Source: Leifsonia xyli (lineage in GTDB: Bacteria > Actinomycetota > Actinomycetes > Actinomycetales > Microbacteriaceae). Taken from it: a stretch of 64,000 nt of DNA. Position 1 is the stretch's first letter. The number at the start of each line of letters is the position of its first letter. The stretch spans positions 11,618-75,617 of the forward strand of contig QFQR01000008.1 in assembly GCA_003243275.1 (NCBI GenBank). The letters run 5' to 3'. The position numbers and the translations under genes were made by a program. This document shows, one piece after another, positions 1 to 8,740 of this stretch. The notes beneath the pieces are model-generated. The model was not told the origin of the DNA. It searched no databases and saw only the letters and a program-made list of their open reading frames with translations.

Positions 1-175
1 CAGCCTCGGGGAGTCGCACGTGCGCCAGAAGTACGGCATCACGGTGGTCGGGGTGAAGAGCCCCGGCAAGGATTTCACCTACGCGACCCCCGAGACCGTG
101 ATCTCGAACCACGACCTCATCATCGCCTCGGGTTCCACCTCGGATCTCGAGAAGTTCGCGGCGCTGCAGTCGTAG
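1..175 (+). CDS. C-terminal end of a TrkA-C (RCK_C) domain potassium-transport protein; 5' part lies outside the window
   Basis: Open frame from the window edge (phase starts at nt 2) reads SLGESHVRQKYGITVVGVKSPGKDFTYATPETVISNHDLIIASGSTSDLEKFAALQS, with stop TAG at 173-175. The sequence pattern is typical of TrkA-C domains. Confidence 0.6.
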   Translation, partial: SLGESHVRQKYGITVVGVKSPGKDFTYATPETVISNHDLIIASGSTSDLEKFAALQS

Positions 176-201
176 CGTCGCGCGGAAGAAGGGAAACCCC
201 C

Positions 202-468
202 ATGGCCGGTTTCGATCTCGGAGGGCTCGGCGACGCGGTCGGCGGACTGCTCGGCGGCAAGGGCCTCGACGCGAGCGCGCTGCAGAACCTGTGGGAGCAG
301 GTGCAGCCGACGCTCAAGGGTCTCGACACCGATCAGATCCTCGACACGATCGGCGGGTGGGCGAAGGACCTCGACCTGCCGCTCGTCAACAACATCCCCG
401 ACCAGACCATCGAAGACGTCAAGAACGGCGTCAAGGTGCCCGTGAAGGACTTCATCCAGGGGCTGTAG
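202..468 (+). CDS. small hypothetical protein (88 aa, Gly/Asp/Leu-rich)
   Basis: ATG at 202 follows a purine-rich stretch (gaagaagggaaa). The product MAGFDLGGLGDAVGG...VKDFIQGL has normal amino-acid composition, unlike the Arg/Pro-rich shadow ORFs overlapping it. No family recognised. Confidence 0.5.
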   Translation: MAGFDLGGLGDAVGGLLGGKGLDASALQNLWEQVQPTLKGLDTDQILDTIGGWAKDLDLPLVNNIPDQTIEDVKNGVKVPVKDFIQGL

Positions 469-488
469 CCGACCCCCACCGGCGGCGG

Positions 489-1310
489 TCAGCCCGCGGC
501 GAGCTCCCTCGCGCGGGCGATCGCGGCGTCGGCCGCGCGCTCGAAGACATCCGTCAACCGCGCCTCCTCGAGCACCGCGACGATGCGCTCGGTCGTGCCC
601 TTCGGGCTCGTGACGCGTCGACGCAGCTCGGCAGGCTCCTCCCCCGTCGACTCGAGCAGGTACGCCGATCCGATCAGCGTCTGCTCGGCCATGAGGCGTG
701 CGTCCTCGCGGGCGAAGCCGAGCCTCTCGGCGGTCTCGGTGAGCTTCTCGACGAGGAAGTAGACGGTCGCCGGGCCCGAGCCGGAGATCGCGGAGAGGGC
801 GTCGATCCGCTCCTCGGGCAGCTCGACGACCACCCCGACGGCCGCGAACAGCTCGCGGGCGAGCGCGAGCTCCGCCTCCCCCACGCGTGACCCGGCTGCG
901 ACACCCGTCACCGCGCGGCGCACGAGGGCTGGGGTGTTGGGCATGGTGCGGATGACGGGGTTCGGCACGACGGCCTCCATCGCGGCCGTCGTGATGCCGG
1001 CAGCCACGCTGACCACCACGGCATCCGCCGGAAGCACCGCCGCGACCTCGCGCAGGGTGCCCAGCACCATGCCCGGCTTGACACCCAGCAGCACGACCCC
1101 GGCCCCGGCGACGACCGCGGCGTTCGCATCCGGGTCGTCCTCGAGCGCGACGGCGCGCACCCCCTCCGCGCGCCACGCCGCGGCGGAGGCGGAGCTGCGC
1201 GTCGAGACCGCGACGGATGCGGGGTCGACCCCGGCGGCGATCAGGCCGCGCACGATGGCTCCCGCCATCGAGCCGGCGCCCAGCACGGCGAGGGGCGGAA
1301 GGGTCGTCAT
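489..1310 (-). CDS. proC: pyrroline-5-carboxylate reductase
   Basis: Rossmann motif LAVLGAGSMAGAIVRGL, plus MPNTPALV and SPKGTTE motifs characteristic of ProC. ATG 1310 (MTTLPP...) is preferred over ATG 1319, so the start is uncertain by 9 nt. Confidence 0.9.
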   Translation of the reverse strand: MTTLPPLAVLGAGSMAGAIVRGLIAAGVDPASVAVSTRSSASAAAWRAEGVRAVALEDDPDANAAVVAGAGVVLLGVKPGMVLGTLREVAAVLPADAVVVSVAAGITTAAMEAVVPNPVIRTMPNTPALVRRAVTGVAAGSRVGEAELALARELFAAVGVVVELPEERIDALSAISGSGPATVYFLVEKLTETAERLGFAREDARLMAEQTLIGSAYLLESTGEEPAELRRRVTSPKGTTERIVAVLEEARLTDVFERAADAAIARARELAAG

Positions 1311-1333
1311 ATGGCACATCCTAGAATCGAGGC

Positions 1334-2296
1334 ATGAGCGCGTCCGGCGGTACGAAGGCGATCATCGCGGCACTCCTGGCGAACCTGGGGATCGCGATCA
1401 CCAAGTTCATCGCGGCGGCCGTCTCGGGCTCCGCCTCGATGCTCGCCGAGGGCGTGCACTCGGTCGCCGACTCCGGCAACCAGCTGCTGTTGCTGATCGG
1501 CGGACGCCGCTCCCGCCGCCAGGCCGACCTCGAGCACCCCTTCGGCTACGGCCGGGAACGCTACGTCTACGCCTTCGTCGTCGCCATCATCCTGTTCTCG
1601 ATCGGCGGCGTGTTCTCGCTCTACGAGGGCGTCAAGAAGGTCTCCGAACCGCATCCGCTCGAGAACGTCTGGCTGCCGCTGCTCGTGCTCGGGATCGCGG
1701 TGGTGCTGGAGTCGTTCTCGCTGCGCACCGCGATGAAGGAGTCGAACCGGGTGCGCGGCACCCAGAGTTGGATCCAGTTCGTGCGGCGCGCCAAGCAGCC
1801 GGAGCTGCCGGTCGTGCTGCTCGAAGACATCGCGGCGCTCACCGGCCTGCTCTTCGCCGCGAGCGGCATCGGCCTCACCCTGCTGACCGGCAACCCGGTG
1901 TGGGATGGCGTGGCGACCATCGCGATCGGCGTGCTGCTGGTGCTCGTCGCCGTCATCCTCGGCGTGGAGACGAAGAGCCTGCTGGTCGGCGAGGGTGCGA
2001 ACGCCGACGACCACGCGAAGATCCTCGCCGCCTTCAACGGCCACCCGCAGGTGGAGGCCGTCATCCACATGAAGACCCTCTACCTCGGCCCCGACGAGCT
2101 GATGGTGGCGGCCAAGGTCGCCGTGCCGAAGGCGACGCGGGCGGCCGAGGTGGCCGCCGCGATCGACGCCATCGAGAAGGACGTGCGCGCAGCGGTGCCC
2201 GCCGCGCGCGTCATCTACCTCGAACCCGACATCTACGTGCCCCGCGACTCCGAGCATCCGCCCACGGATGCGGTCGTCATCAAGAGCGCGGACTGA
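1334..2296 (+). CDS. cation diffusion facilitator (CDF) family metal efflux transporter
   Basis: HSVADSGNQ metal-site motif in TM2, HPFGYGRERY loop, six hydrophobic helices and a C-terminal cytoplasmic domain. Confidence 0.9.
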   Translation: MSASGGTKAIIAALLANLGIAITKFIAAAVSGSASMLAEGVHSVADSGNQLLLLIGGRRSRRQADLEHPFGYGRERYVYAFVVAIILFSIGGVFSLYEGVKKVSEPHPLENVWLPLLVLGIAVVLESFSLRTAMKESNRVRGTQSWIQFVRRAKQPELPVVLLEDIAALTGLLFAASGIGLTLLTGNPVWDGVATIAIGVLLVLVAVILGVETKSLLVGEGANADDHAKILAAFNGHPQVEAVIHMKTLYLGPDELMVAAKVAVPKATRAAEVAAAIDAIEKDVRAAVPAARVIYLEPDIYVPRDSEHPPTDAVVIKSAD

Positions 2297-2317
2297 GTCC
2301 GCGAGAACGGACCCGAC

Positions 2318-2671
2318 ATGGAACTCCTGCAGAGCATCCTGCTCGCCCTGCACATCCTCGGCCTCGCCGCGATCATCGGCACCTTCTTCGTGCAGATGCG
2401 CAAGAACGAGGGATTCGCGGTCAACATCATCCTCGCCGGGGCGATCACGCAGGTGCTCACCGGCGTCGCACTCGTCGGCGTGGGCGAGGCGAGCGGCTAC
2501 GACATCAACATGATCAAGATCACCGTCAAGCTCGTGCTCGCACTCGTCGTGCTGGGTGCCGCCATCGCCGCCGTGGTGGCCGACAGGCGTGGCGCGCGGG
2601 TGAAGCCCTGGTTCCACGTGGCCGGTGGCATCGCGATCATCAACGTGCTCGTCGCCGTCATCTGGCGCTGA
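2318..2671 (+). CDS. small integral membrane protein (4 predicted TM helices), function unknown
   Basis: 117-aa hydrophobic product MELLQSILLALHILGLAAIIGTFFV...IAIINVLVAVIWR, 21 nt after the CDF gene. Confidence 0.6.
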   Translation: MELLQSILLALHILGLAAIIGTFFVQMRKNEGFAVNIILAGAITQVLTGVALVGVGEASGYDINMIKITVKLVLALVVLGAAIAAVVADRRGARVKPWFHVAGGIAIINVLVAVIWR

Positions 2672-2718
2672 GCCCCATAGCCCTGCCCAGCTCCCCAGCC
2701 CTCCCAGCTCCTCACTCG

Positions 2719-2778
2719 CTGAGGCGTCGCTTTGTGTCGCGTCAGGGGCGCGCGGGGCGACACAAAGTGACGCCTCAG
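2719..2778. terminator. long hairpin between convergent genes (probable bidirectional terminator)
   Basis: Arms are CTGAGGCGTCGCTTTGTGTCGC (2719-2740) and GCGACACAAAGTGACGCCTCAG (2757-2778), giving 22 bp with one G:T position and a 16-nt loop. The right arm overlaps the tadA stop codon. No U-tract follows. Confidence 0.5.
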
Positions 2779-3245
2779 AGTTCGGATGCGCGGGTGTCGG
2801 CGAAGAAGCGGGTGAGCACCGCGGCGCACTCGGCCTCGAGCACGCCCGCGACCACCTCGGCGCGGTAGGGCAGGCGGCGGTCGCGCAGCAGGTCGTGAAC
2901 ACTGCCGGATGCCCCCGCCTTCGCATCCCACGCACCGAACACGACGCGCGGGATGCGGGCCGCCAGGATCGCCCCCGCGCACATGACGCACGGTTCGAGC
3001 GTCACGACGAGCGTCGTGTCGTCGAGCCGCCACTCGCCACGCGCCTCGGCAGCCCGGCGGATCGCGACGACCTCGGCATGGGCGGTCGGATCCCCGTGCT
3101 TCTCGCGCTCGTTGCGCCCGTGCGCGAGCACCGTGCCGTCGGCCGCGAGCAGCACCGCACCGACCGGCACGTCGCCGGAGACGAAGGCGAGCTCCGCCTC
3201 GGCGAGGGCGAGGCGCATGGCCTCCGCGTCGGAGCCTGAGGGCAT
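2775..3245 (-). CDS. tadA: tRNA-specific adenosine deaminase
   Basis: Cytidine/deoxycytidylate deaminase zinc motifs HAE (PTAHAEVVAIR) and PCVMCAGA. The size (156 aa) is typical of TadA. Confidence 0.9.
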   Translation of the reverse strand: MPSGSDAEAMRLALAEAELAFVSGDVPVGAVLLAADGTVLAHGRNEREKHGDPTAHAEVVAIRRAAEARGEWRLDDTTLVVTLEPCVMCAGAILAARIPRVVFGAWDAKAGASGSVHDLLRDRRLPYRAEVVAGVLEAECAAVLTRFFADTRASEL

Positions 3246-3256
3246 AGATTGAGCCT

Positions 3257-3889
3257 ATGCGAGTGCACGTCGCCGACCACCCCCTCATCACCCACAAGCT
3301 CACGGTGCTGCGCGACGAGCGCACCCCGTCGCCGGTCTTCCGCGCGCTCGCCGAGGAGCTCGTGACGCTGCTCGCCTATGAGGCGACCCGCAACGTGCGC
3401 ACCACCGAGGTGACCGTGCAGACGCCCGTCGCCGAGGCGAAGGGTCTCGCGATCGCGACCCCGCGGCCGCTCGTGGTGCCCATCCTGCGCGCCGGGCTCG
3501 GGATGCTGGAGGGCATGGTCAAGCTCGTCCCCACCGCGGAGGTCGGCTTCCTCGGCATGGTGCGCGACGAGGAGACCCTGCAGCCCACCACCTACGCCGA
3601 GCGGCTGCCGGAGGACCTCTCGAACCGGCAGTGCTTCATCCTCGACCCCATGCTCGCGACCGGCGGATCGCTCGGCGCGGCCATCGAGTTCCTGTTCCAG
3701 CGGGGTGCCGTCGACGTGACGGCGGTCTGCCTCATCGCCGCCCCCGAGGGCCTCGAGGCCGTGCGGAAGGCCACCGAGGGGCGCGAGGTGACCATCGTGA
3801 TCGGCGCCCTCGACGAGAAGCTCAACGAGAAGGGCTACATCGTGCCGGGCCTCGGCGACGCGGGCGACCGGCTCTACGGCCTCGTTTGA
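3257..3889 (+). CDS. upp: uracil phosphoribosyltransferase
   Basis: Colinear Upp signatures: [17 protein letters not shown] loop [11 protein letters not shown], and C-terminal [15 protein letters not shown]. Confidence 0.95.
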   Translation: MRVHVADHPLITHKLTVLRDERTPSPVFRALAEELVTLLAYEATRNVRTTEVTVQTPVAEAKGLAIATPRPLVVPILRAGLGMLEGMVKLVPTAEVGFLGMVRDEETLQPTTYAERLPEDLSNRQCFILDPMLATGGSLGAAIEFLFQRGAVDVTAVCLIAAPEGLEAVRKATEGREVTIVIGALDEKLNEKGYIVPGLGDAGDRLYGLV

Positions 3890-4083
3890 CCTTCTGTTAC
3901 GCGCCGACACGCCGCGGTTGACACACGGCGTAACCCTCACCCAAGATTGCACGCATGACCGTTCACGCGCGCCCCGCGACCTCCCTCGAGGCCTTCGGGA
4001 ACGTCGGCACGATGATGCCGGCGAGCGCGGGTCAGTGTTGTCGAATGTGCGCCTAAGCCGCCCCGCGCCCGAGTGAGCCCGCA

Positions 4084-4923
4084 ATGGTGAACTCCCCGAC
4101 ATCCGGTTCCGAGAACTCGGATGGCGTCTCCCGCTTCGACAACCCCCGGCCTGCCGCCTCCCTCGACGAGGCGGCCGCCGACACCTCGCAAGGATTCGAC
4201 GACATGTCTCTCGCCACCCTCGACACCCTCCGCCCCCCGACCCGCCCCTACCCCGCCCCGCGCGCCCTCCCGCAGCCGGAGGCGGAGCAGGAGCGCCCCC
4301 GCATCCGCGCCGTGCCCGACGGCACCGAGGCGCGCGGTTTCGCCCTCTACGTGGGCGTCGACGAGCTGAAGGCCGCCACCTCCGGCGTCTCGCTGCCGCA
4401 GCTCGTCGAGGCCATCAAGCGCACCGTCGCCGAGCTGGTTCCGGATGCCGAGACCTACGCCGCCGTCGCCCTCGCCCCGCGCGGGGCGGGTGGCCGCGAC
4501 GTCGAGGTGGTGCGCCTCGCCCTGCAGGACCCGGCCGCGCTCGCCAAGCACCGCCAGAGCGTCGCCCCGATCGAGCCGCCGGAGCCGAAGGGCGGCGTCG
4601 TCATCGACATCTCCCGCAAGCGCGTGCAGCTCGACGGCGAGGTCGCGCCGCTCACCTACAAGGAGTTCGAGCTGCTGCAGTTCCTGGTGCTCCGCGAGGG
4701 CCGCACGATCGACCGGCACGAGATCATCGGGGTGCTGTGGTCGGAGGGCGGCGACGACGTTCCCAACGAGCGCACCATCGACGTCCACGTGCGGCGGCTG
4801 CGTTCCAAGCTCGGCGCCTACGAGGACATCGTGCGCACGGTGCGCGGCTCCGGCTACCGTTTCGACCGCCACGCGGACGTCACCATCCGCTGGGCGTCGA
4901 CGCCATCGCCCGACGTGTTCTGA
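4084..4923 (+). CDS. OmpR/PhoB-type winged-helix DNA-binding protein without receiver domain
   Basis: The C-terminal ~100 aa is LTYKEFELLQFLVLREGRTIDRHEIIGVLW...TIDVHVRRLRSKL...VRGSGYRF (Trans_reg_C pattern). The N-terminal half is Pro/Ala-rich and lacks the D-D-K receiver motifs. The start codon is uncertain. Confidence 0.75.
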   Translation: MVNSPTSGSENSDGVSRFDNPRPAASLDEAAADTSQGFDDMSLATLDTLRPPTRPYPAPRALPQPEAEQERPRIRAVPDGTEARGFALYVGVDELKAATSGVSLPQLVEAIKRTVAELVPDAETYAAVALAPRGAGGRDVEVVRLALQDPAALAKHRQSVAPIEPPEPKGGVVIDISRKRVQLDGEVAPLTYKEFELLQFLVLREGRTIDRHEIIGVLWSEGGDDVPNERTIDVHVRRLRSKLGAYEDIVRTVRGSGYRFDRHADVTIRWASTPSPDVF

Positions 4924-4941
4924 GGCGCGCGGGGGCGGCGG

Positions 4942-5610
4942 ATGGGTGAGCTGCTCGGCGAGCTGGTGCCGTTCGCGATCGTGGTCGCGGTGAGCCCGCT
5001 GCCGATCATCGCGGTGCTGTTGCTGCTGGCCGCGCCGATCGGCCTCCGCGGGGGCGCGCTGTTCGCGCTCGCCCGCCTCGTCTGCCTCGCGGCCGTCGTG
5101 GCGGTGACCACCTTCCTCGCCGACCTCCTCGACGACGCCGCCGAGTCGACCTGGCCGGTCGCCGTCATCCGGATCGTGGTCGGGCTCGGGCTGGTCGGCC
5201 TCGCCGCGAGCAAGTGGCTGCGTCGTCCGCGCGGCGACGAGGCGAGCGAGCTGCCCGGGTGGATGCGTGCCATCGATGCGATGGGCGCGGGCGCTGCGCT
5301 CCGCCTCGGTGCGCTGGTGACCGTCGTGAACCCGAAGGAGCTCGCGATGGCCGCCGGCGCCGGCCTCGCTCTCGGGGGTGCGATGGCGTCGCTCGGCGAG
5401 ATCGCGGCCGCGGGTGCGGTGTTCCTCGTGATCGCGACGCTCGGGGTGACGCTCCCCGTGATCGCGCTCGCGCTCGGCCGGGAGCGGGTCGCTCCGGGCC
5501 TCGCCGACGCGCGCGACTGGTTCGTGCGCAACAGTGCCACCCTGCTGGTCGTGACGCTCCTCGTGCTCGGCGGCCTCCTGATCGGCGGCGGGATCTCCGG
5601 GCTAGGCTGA
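4942..5610 (+). CDS. GAP/LysE-like multi-pass membrane protein
   Basis: 222-aa product with about 6 hydrophobic helices (PFAIVVAVSPLPIIAVLLLL...). It resembles the GAP (DUF2910) family. Its 3' end overlaps the convergent EamA gene by 9 nt. Confidence 0.7.
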   Translation: MGELLGELVPFAIVVAVSPLPIIAVLLLLAAPIGLRGGALFALARLVCLAAVVAVTTFLADLLDDAAESTWPVAVIRIVVGLGLVGLAASKWLRRPRGDEASELPGWMRAIDAMGAGAALRLGALVTVVNPKELAMAAGAGLALGGAMASLGEIAAAGAVFLVIATLGVTLPVIALALGRERVAPGLADARDWFVRNSATLLVVTLLVLGGLLIGGGISGLG

Positions 5611-6462
5611 CGCGCGCCGCGCGGGCAGCTGGCCCACGAGGATGCCCCCCAGCACGAGCAGGATGCCGATCAGCTGCAGCGCCGCGAGGGTCTCGCCGCC
5701 CGCGAGCACGCCGAGCAGCACGCCCGTGACGGGGTTGAGCAGCCCGATCACGCCGACCACGCCGGCGCTCAGGTGCTGGAGGCCGTGGAACCAGGCGACG
5801 TTGGCGAGCGCCGTGCCGATGAGGGTCACGAAGGCGAGCCCGGCCCATCCGCTGCCGTCGAGCGCGGGTGGGGCGCCCTCGACCGCGAGCGCGACGACGA
5901 GCAGCATCCCGCCGCCGAACAGCAGCTGCCAGGCGCTCGCCATGACGGGGGTCGCGGTGCCGCCCCACCGGCGGGTGAGCACGTAGCCGAGGGAGGAGGA
6001 GACGACACCGGCAACCGACGCCGCGACGCCCCAGCCGTCGATCGCGCCGAGCCCGCCCGCGACGAGCAGCAGCACGCCGAGGATGCCGACCGCGGCCCCC
6101 GCGAGCATGCGGACGGCGGGACGTTGGCCGAGCAGCGCCCACGCGAATCCGGCGAGCATGAGGGGCGAGGCGGCCATGATCGAGGAGGCGACGCTCGTCG
6201 GCAGCAACTGGGCGGCGATGTAGAGCAGCAGGAAGAAGCCGCCGACGTTGAGCACCCCGAGCAGAGCGGTGCGCGCCCATTCGCGTCCGTGCGGGCGGGC
6301 GCGGGCGATGAGCAGCAGCACGAGCCCGGCCGGAAGCGCACGCAGGGCGGAGCCCCAGAGGGGACTGTCGGCGGGCAGGGTGTGCTGGGTCACGAAGTAG
6401 GTGGCGCCCCAGGCGATCGGCGCGATGGCCGTGATGAGCGGGCTCCGCCAATTCGCTTCCAT
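5602..6462 (-). CDS. EamA/DMT family transporter
   Basis: Ten hydrophobic helices in a duplicated EamA pattern. The start is placed at ATG 6462 (MEANWRSPLITAIAPIAWGATYF) because the 144 upstream codons of the ORF-track entry run antisense to the MarR gene. Confidence 0.85.
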   Translation of the reverse strand: MEANWRSPLITAIAPIAWGATYFVTQHTLPADSPLWGSALRALPAGLVLLLIARARPHGREWARTALLGVLNVGGFFLLLYIAAQLLPTSVASSIMAASPLMLAGFAWALLGQRPAVRMLAGAAVGILGVLLLVAGGLGAIDGWGVAASVAGVVSSSLGYVLTRRWGGTATPVMASAWQLLFGGGMLLVVALAVEGAPPALDGSGWAGLAFVTLIGTALANVAWFHGLQHLSAGVVGVIGLLNPVTGVLLGVLAGGETLAALQLIGILLVLGGILVGQLPARRASA

Positions 6463-6501
6463 AGAAGATAAAATACCTGAGCGGGAAGATACTATTCCCG
6501 C

Positions 6502-7008
6502 ATGATCCGTGATCGCGTCGACCGCATCCAAGATCAGTGGCGCCTCGAGCGGCCCGACCTCGACCCCACGCCGCAGGGCGTCATCGGCCGACTCCACCGG
6601 CTCGCCGCGCGACTCCACGACGAACTCGTCGTCGTCTACCGCGAACACGGGCTCGGCGAAGGCGACTTCGACGTGCTCGCCTCGCTCCGGCGATCCGGCC
6701 CGCACTACGAACTCCCCGCGGGTGAACTCGCCGAGCACACCATGATCACCACGGGAGGCATGAGCAAGCGCCTCGACCGCCTGGAGAAGCTCGGGCTCGT
6801 CGAGCGGAGAGTGGATGCGCACGACGCTCGCGTTCGCCGCGTCGCCCTGACGGCCCGCGGCAGAAGCGTCATCGACGCCGCCTTCACCGACCACCTCGCC
6901 AACGAGGCGCGGCTGCTCGCCGAGCTCCCGCCCCTGGACCGCCTCGCCCTCGAACGCATCCTGCGCGACTGGCTCGTGCGCGCCGAGGGCGCCGCCGACG
7001 AGAACTGA
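6502..7008 (+). CDS. MarR family transcriptional regulator
   Basis: Winged-helix core DFDVLASLRR...ELAEHTMITTGGMSKRLDRLEKLGLVERRVDAHDARVRRVALTARG. The gene is divergent from the EamA transporter gene. Confidence 0.85.
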   Translation: MIRDRVDRIQDQWRLERPDLDPTPQGVIGRLHRLAARLHDELVVVYREHGLGEGDFDVLASLRRSGPHYELPAGELAEHTMITTGGMSKRLDRLEKLGLVERRVDAHDARVRRVALTARGRSVIDAAFTDHLANEARLLAELPPLDRLALERILRDWLVRAEGAADEN

Positions 7009-7091
7009 CCGTCGGGTATCACCGCGCCATCCCGAGACTCCTCTCCTCTGCGGGCCCCCGCTCGCAGCCCCCGGAGAGGAAGGCCTCGATC

Positions 7092-8690
7092 ATGAGCACC
7101 ACGACCCCCGCGCGACGCGCGACCGCATCCCGCACGCGCAGCGCGACCCCGACGGAGAGCGACACGCGCTCCGCCCCGACGCCGAAAGGCCAGGTCGAGC
7201 CCCTCGCCACGACCGGTGCCCCCAACCCCTACGCCCTCGCCTCGCTCGTCGCGGGGCGCCGCATCGACTGGGATGGTGCGGGCGACGTCCGCCGGATCCT
7301 GGAGGACGTCTTCGAGCTGCCCTACACCGAGATCATCGGCTCGGCCGAGTCGCCGCTGTTCTACGGCAGCACCTTCCGCGGCGCGCACCCGACCCGCACG
7401 CGTCCGCCCGCACCTCCCGAGCGCGCGAGCGACGACACCGACGACCGCGAGGCCACCACGCCCGACGTCTCGCGCGCCAAGAACCTCGCCGACCTCCTCG
7501 CGGCGCTCGGGCATAAGAGCCCAGCGGAGGTGCCCGTGCGCGGCGCGACCCTCACCCGCGACGGGGTGCTCGCCGAGATCGGGCGGGCCGGCGACGCGGC
7601 GATCCGCTACGCGCGGCTGTTCGACACGCGGGTGCTCGACGTGCTGTTCCCGCGCGAGCCCGGCTACCACCCGCCGGGGTTCAGCTGGCAGGACGCGGGC
7701 CGCTTCTTCAACGAGACGACCGAGTTCTTCGACCCGGTGCAGGGCCAGGTGGCCGACTGCTACTTCATCGCCGCGATGTCGTCGGTGGCGTGGGCCTCGC
7801 CGTTCACGATCGCCGACCGCACCCGCGCGACGGCTGCCGGGCAGGATGAGTTCACCCACCGGGTGAGCTTCTTCGGCGGGAGCGGCGGATACGGCGCGGG
7901 CGGCTGGGGCGATGTCGAGGTGTCGGATCGGGTGCTCGTGGCATCCGGCGGCAACAGCTCGTACTTCGCGCACTCCGCCGAGCAGGGTGAGCTCTGGCCC
8001 GCCATCTACGAGAAGGCCTTCGCGAAGTGGCGCTTCGGCACCGCCGACGACTTCCCCGACATCCCGAACCTCGCCTGGGGCGACACGGTCGCCGCGTGCG
8101 TCTCGCTCACGGGCGGCCACGGCTACTACCGCGGGCACGCCTCGCTGAGCGACGCACAGCTGCTGACGCTCGTGAAGTCGCACAGCTCCGGCGGGCGCAC
8201 CACGACCCCCATGGTGTGCTGGACCTATGGAGCGGGTTCCGACGAGGCCATCCGCGCCGCGAACGAGGCGGGCATCGTCGCCTCCCACGCCTACTCGGTG
8301 CTCGGCTGGATGCAGCGCTACGAGTGGATGCCGCGCCTGCGGCTCGAGGTCGAGGTGCCGCGCCTCATCCCCGAGTGGCGGCTTCCGGGGCCCGGGCCCG
8401 TGGAGATGCGGGAGCTGCTCGGCGGCACCTCGCTCGAGCAGCTCGCGCGCACCCACGTCGACCTGCCGTCGGAGGTGTTCCAGCGCTTCGAGCTGCGCCC
8501 CGTCGACTACGTCATCGTGCGCAACCCCTGGGGCTCGACCCCCGGCACGGGCGCGTCGACCGCGGCCGGCGACTTCCGTGCGCGCGACGTGAGCTGGTGG
8601 CGTGATGTGCCGCTCGGTCTCGACGGCGTGTTCGCGATGGAGGTCGGCGCGTTCCGCCGCTACTTCGCGGGCACAGGCGGCGCCGAGTGA
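7092..8690 (+). CDS. calpain-like cysteine peptidase (family C2) with disordered N-terminal region
   Basis: Catalytic triad contexts match the calpain consensus. Cys is in QGQVADCYFIAAMSS (cf. QGxLGDCWLLAA), His is in IVASHAYSVLG (cf. GHAYSV), and Asn is in IVRNPWG (cf. RNPWG). Confidence 0.8.
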   Translation: MSTTTPARRATASRTRSATPTESDTRSAPTPKGQVEPLATTGAPNPYALASLVAGRRIDWDGAGDVRRILEDVFELPYTEIIGSAESPLFYGSTFRGAHPTRTRPPAPPERASDDTDDREATTPDVSRAKNLADLLAALGHKSPAEVPVRGATLTRDGVLAEIGRAGDAAIRYARLFDTRVLDVLFPREPGYHPPGFSWQDAGRFFNETTEFFDPVQGQVADCYFIAAMSSVAWASPFTIADRTRATAAGQDEFTHRVSFFGGSGGYGAGGWGDVEVSDRVLVASGGNSSYFAHSAEQGELWPAIYEKAFAKWRFGTADDFPDIPNLAWGDTVAACVSLTGGHGYYRGHASLSDAQLLTLVKSHSSGGRTTTPMVCWTYGAGSDEAIRAANEAGIVASHAYSVLGWMQRYEWMPRLRLEVEVPRLIPEWRLPGPGPVEMRELLGGTSLEQLARTHVDLPSEVFQRFELRPVDYVIVRNPWGSTPGTGASTAAGDFRARDVSWWRDVPLGLDGVFAMEVGAFRRYFAGTGGAE

Positions 8691-8706
8691 GCGCTGGCCA
8701 AACTCG

Positions 8707-8740
8707 GAGAAAAATAACGGTCTGATAACTAGACAGCGTT
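8707..8740 (-). terminator. candidate intrinsic terminator readable on the minus strand
   Basis: Stem is 8716-8723 / 8731-8740 (AACGGTCT...AGAC-AG-CGTT, 8 bp with a 2-nt bulge and a 7-nt loop). On the minus strand it is followed by ATTTTTCTC (complement of 8707-8715), and a T-run is rare in this GC-rich DNA. Confidence 0.35.

Noticed and set aside
79-2935. Long ORFs in the track overlapping proC, the CDF gene and neighbours (e.g. 79-1317 minus, 934-2868 plus, 1307-2935 minus).
   Set aside because: Their translations are dominated by Arg/Pro/Ala/Gly runs with no recognisable domains, and they lie antisense or out of frame to genes with clear family signatures. These are typical shadow ORFs of stop-poor, ~70% GC DNA. 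The same reasoning applies to similar entries throughout, such as 6705-8456, 17160-18041, 23279-24310, 27366-29288, 32744-34036, 43759-45174, 52350-54284 and 61277-63577.
3918-3947. TTGACA-N18-CAAGAT as the promoter of the winged-helix gene, and the GTTACGC/GCGTAAC inverted repeat around it.
   Set aside because: The -10 match is weak and the 18-nt spacer and 137-nt leader are unremarkable. It cannot be supported from sequence alone.
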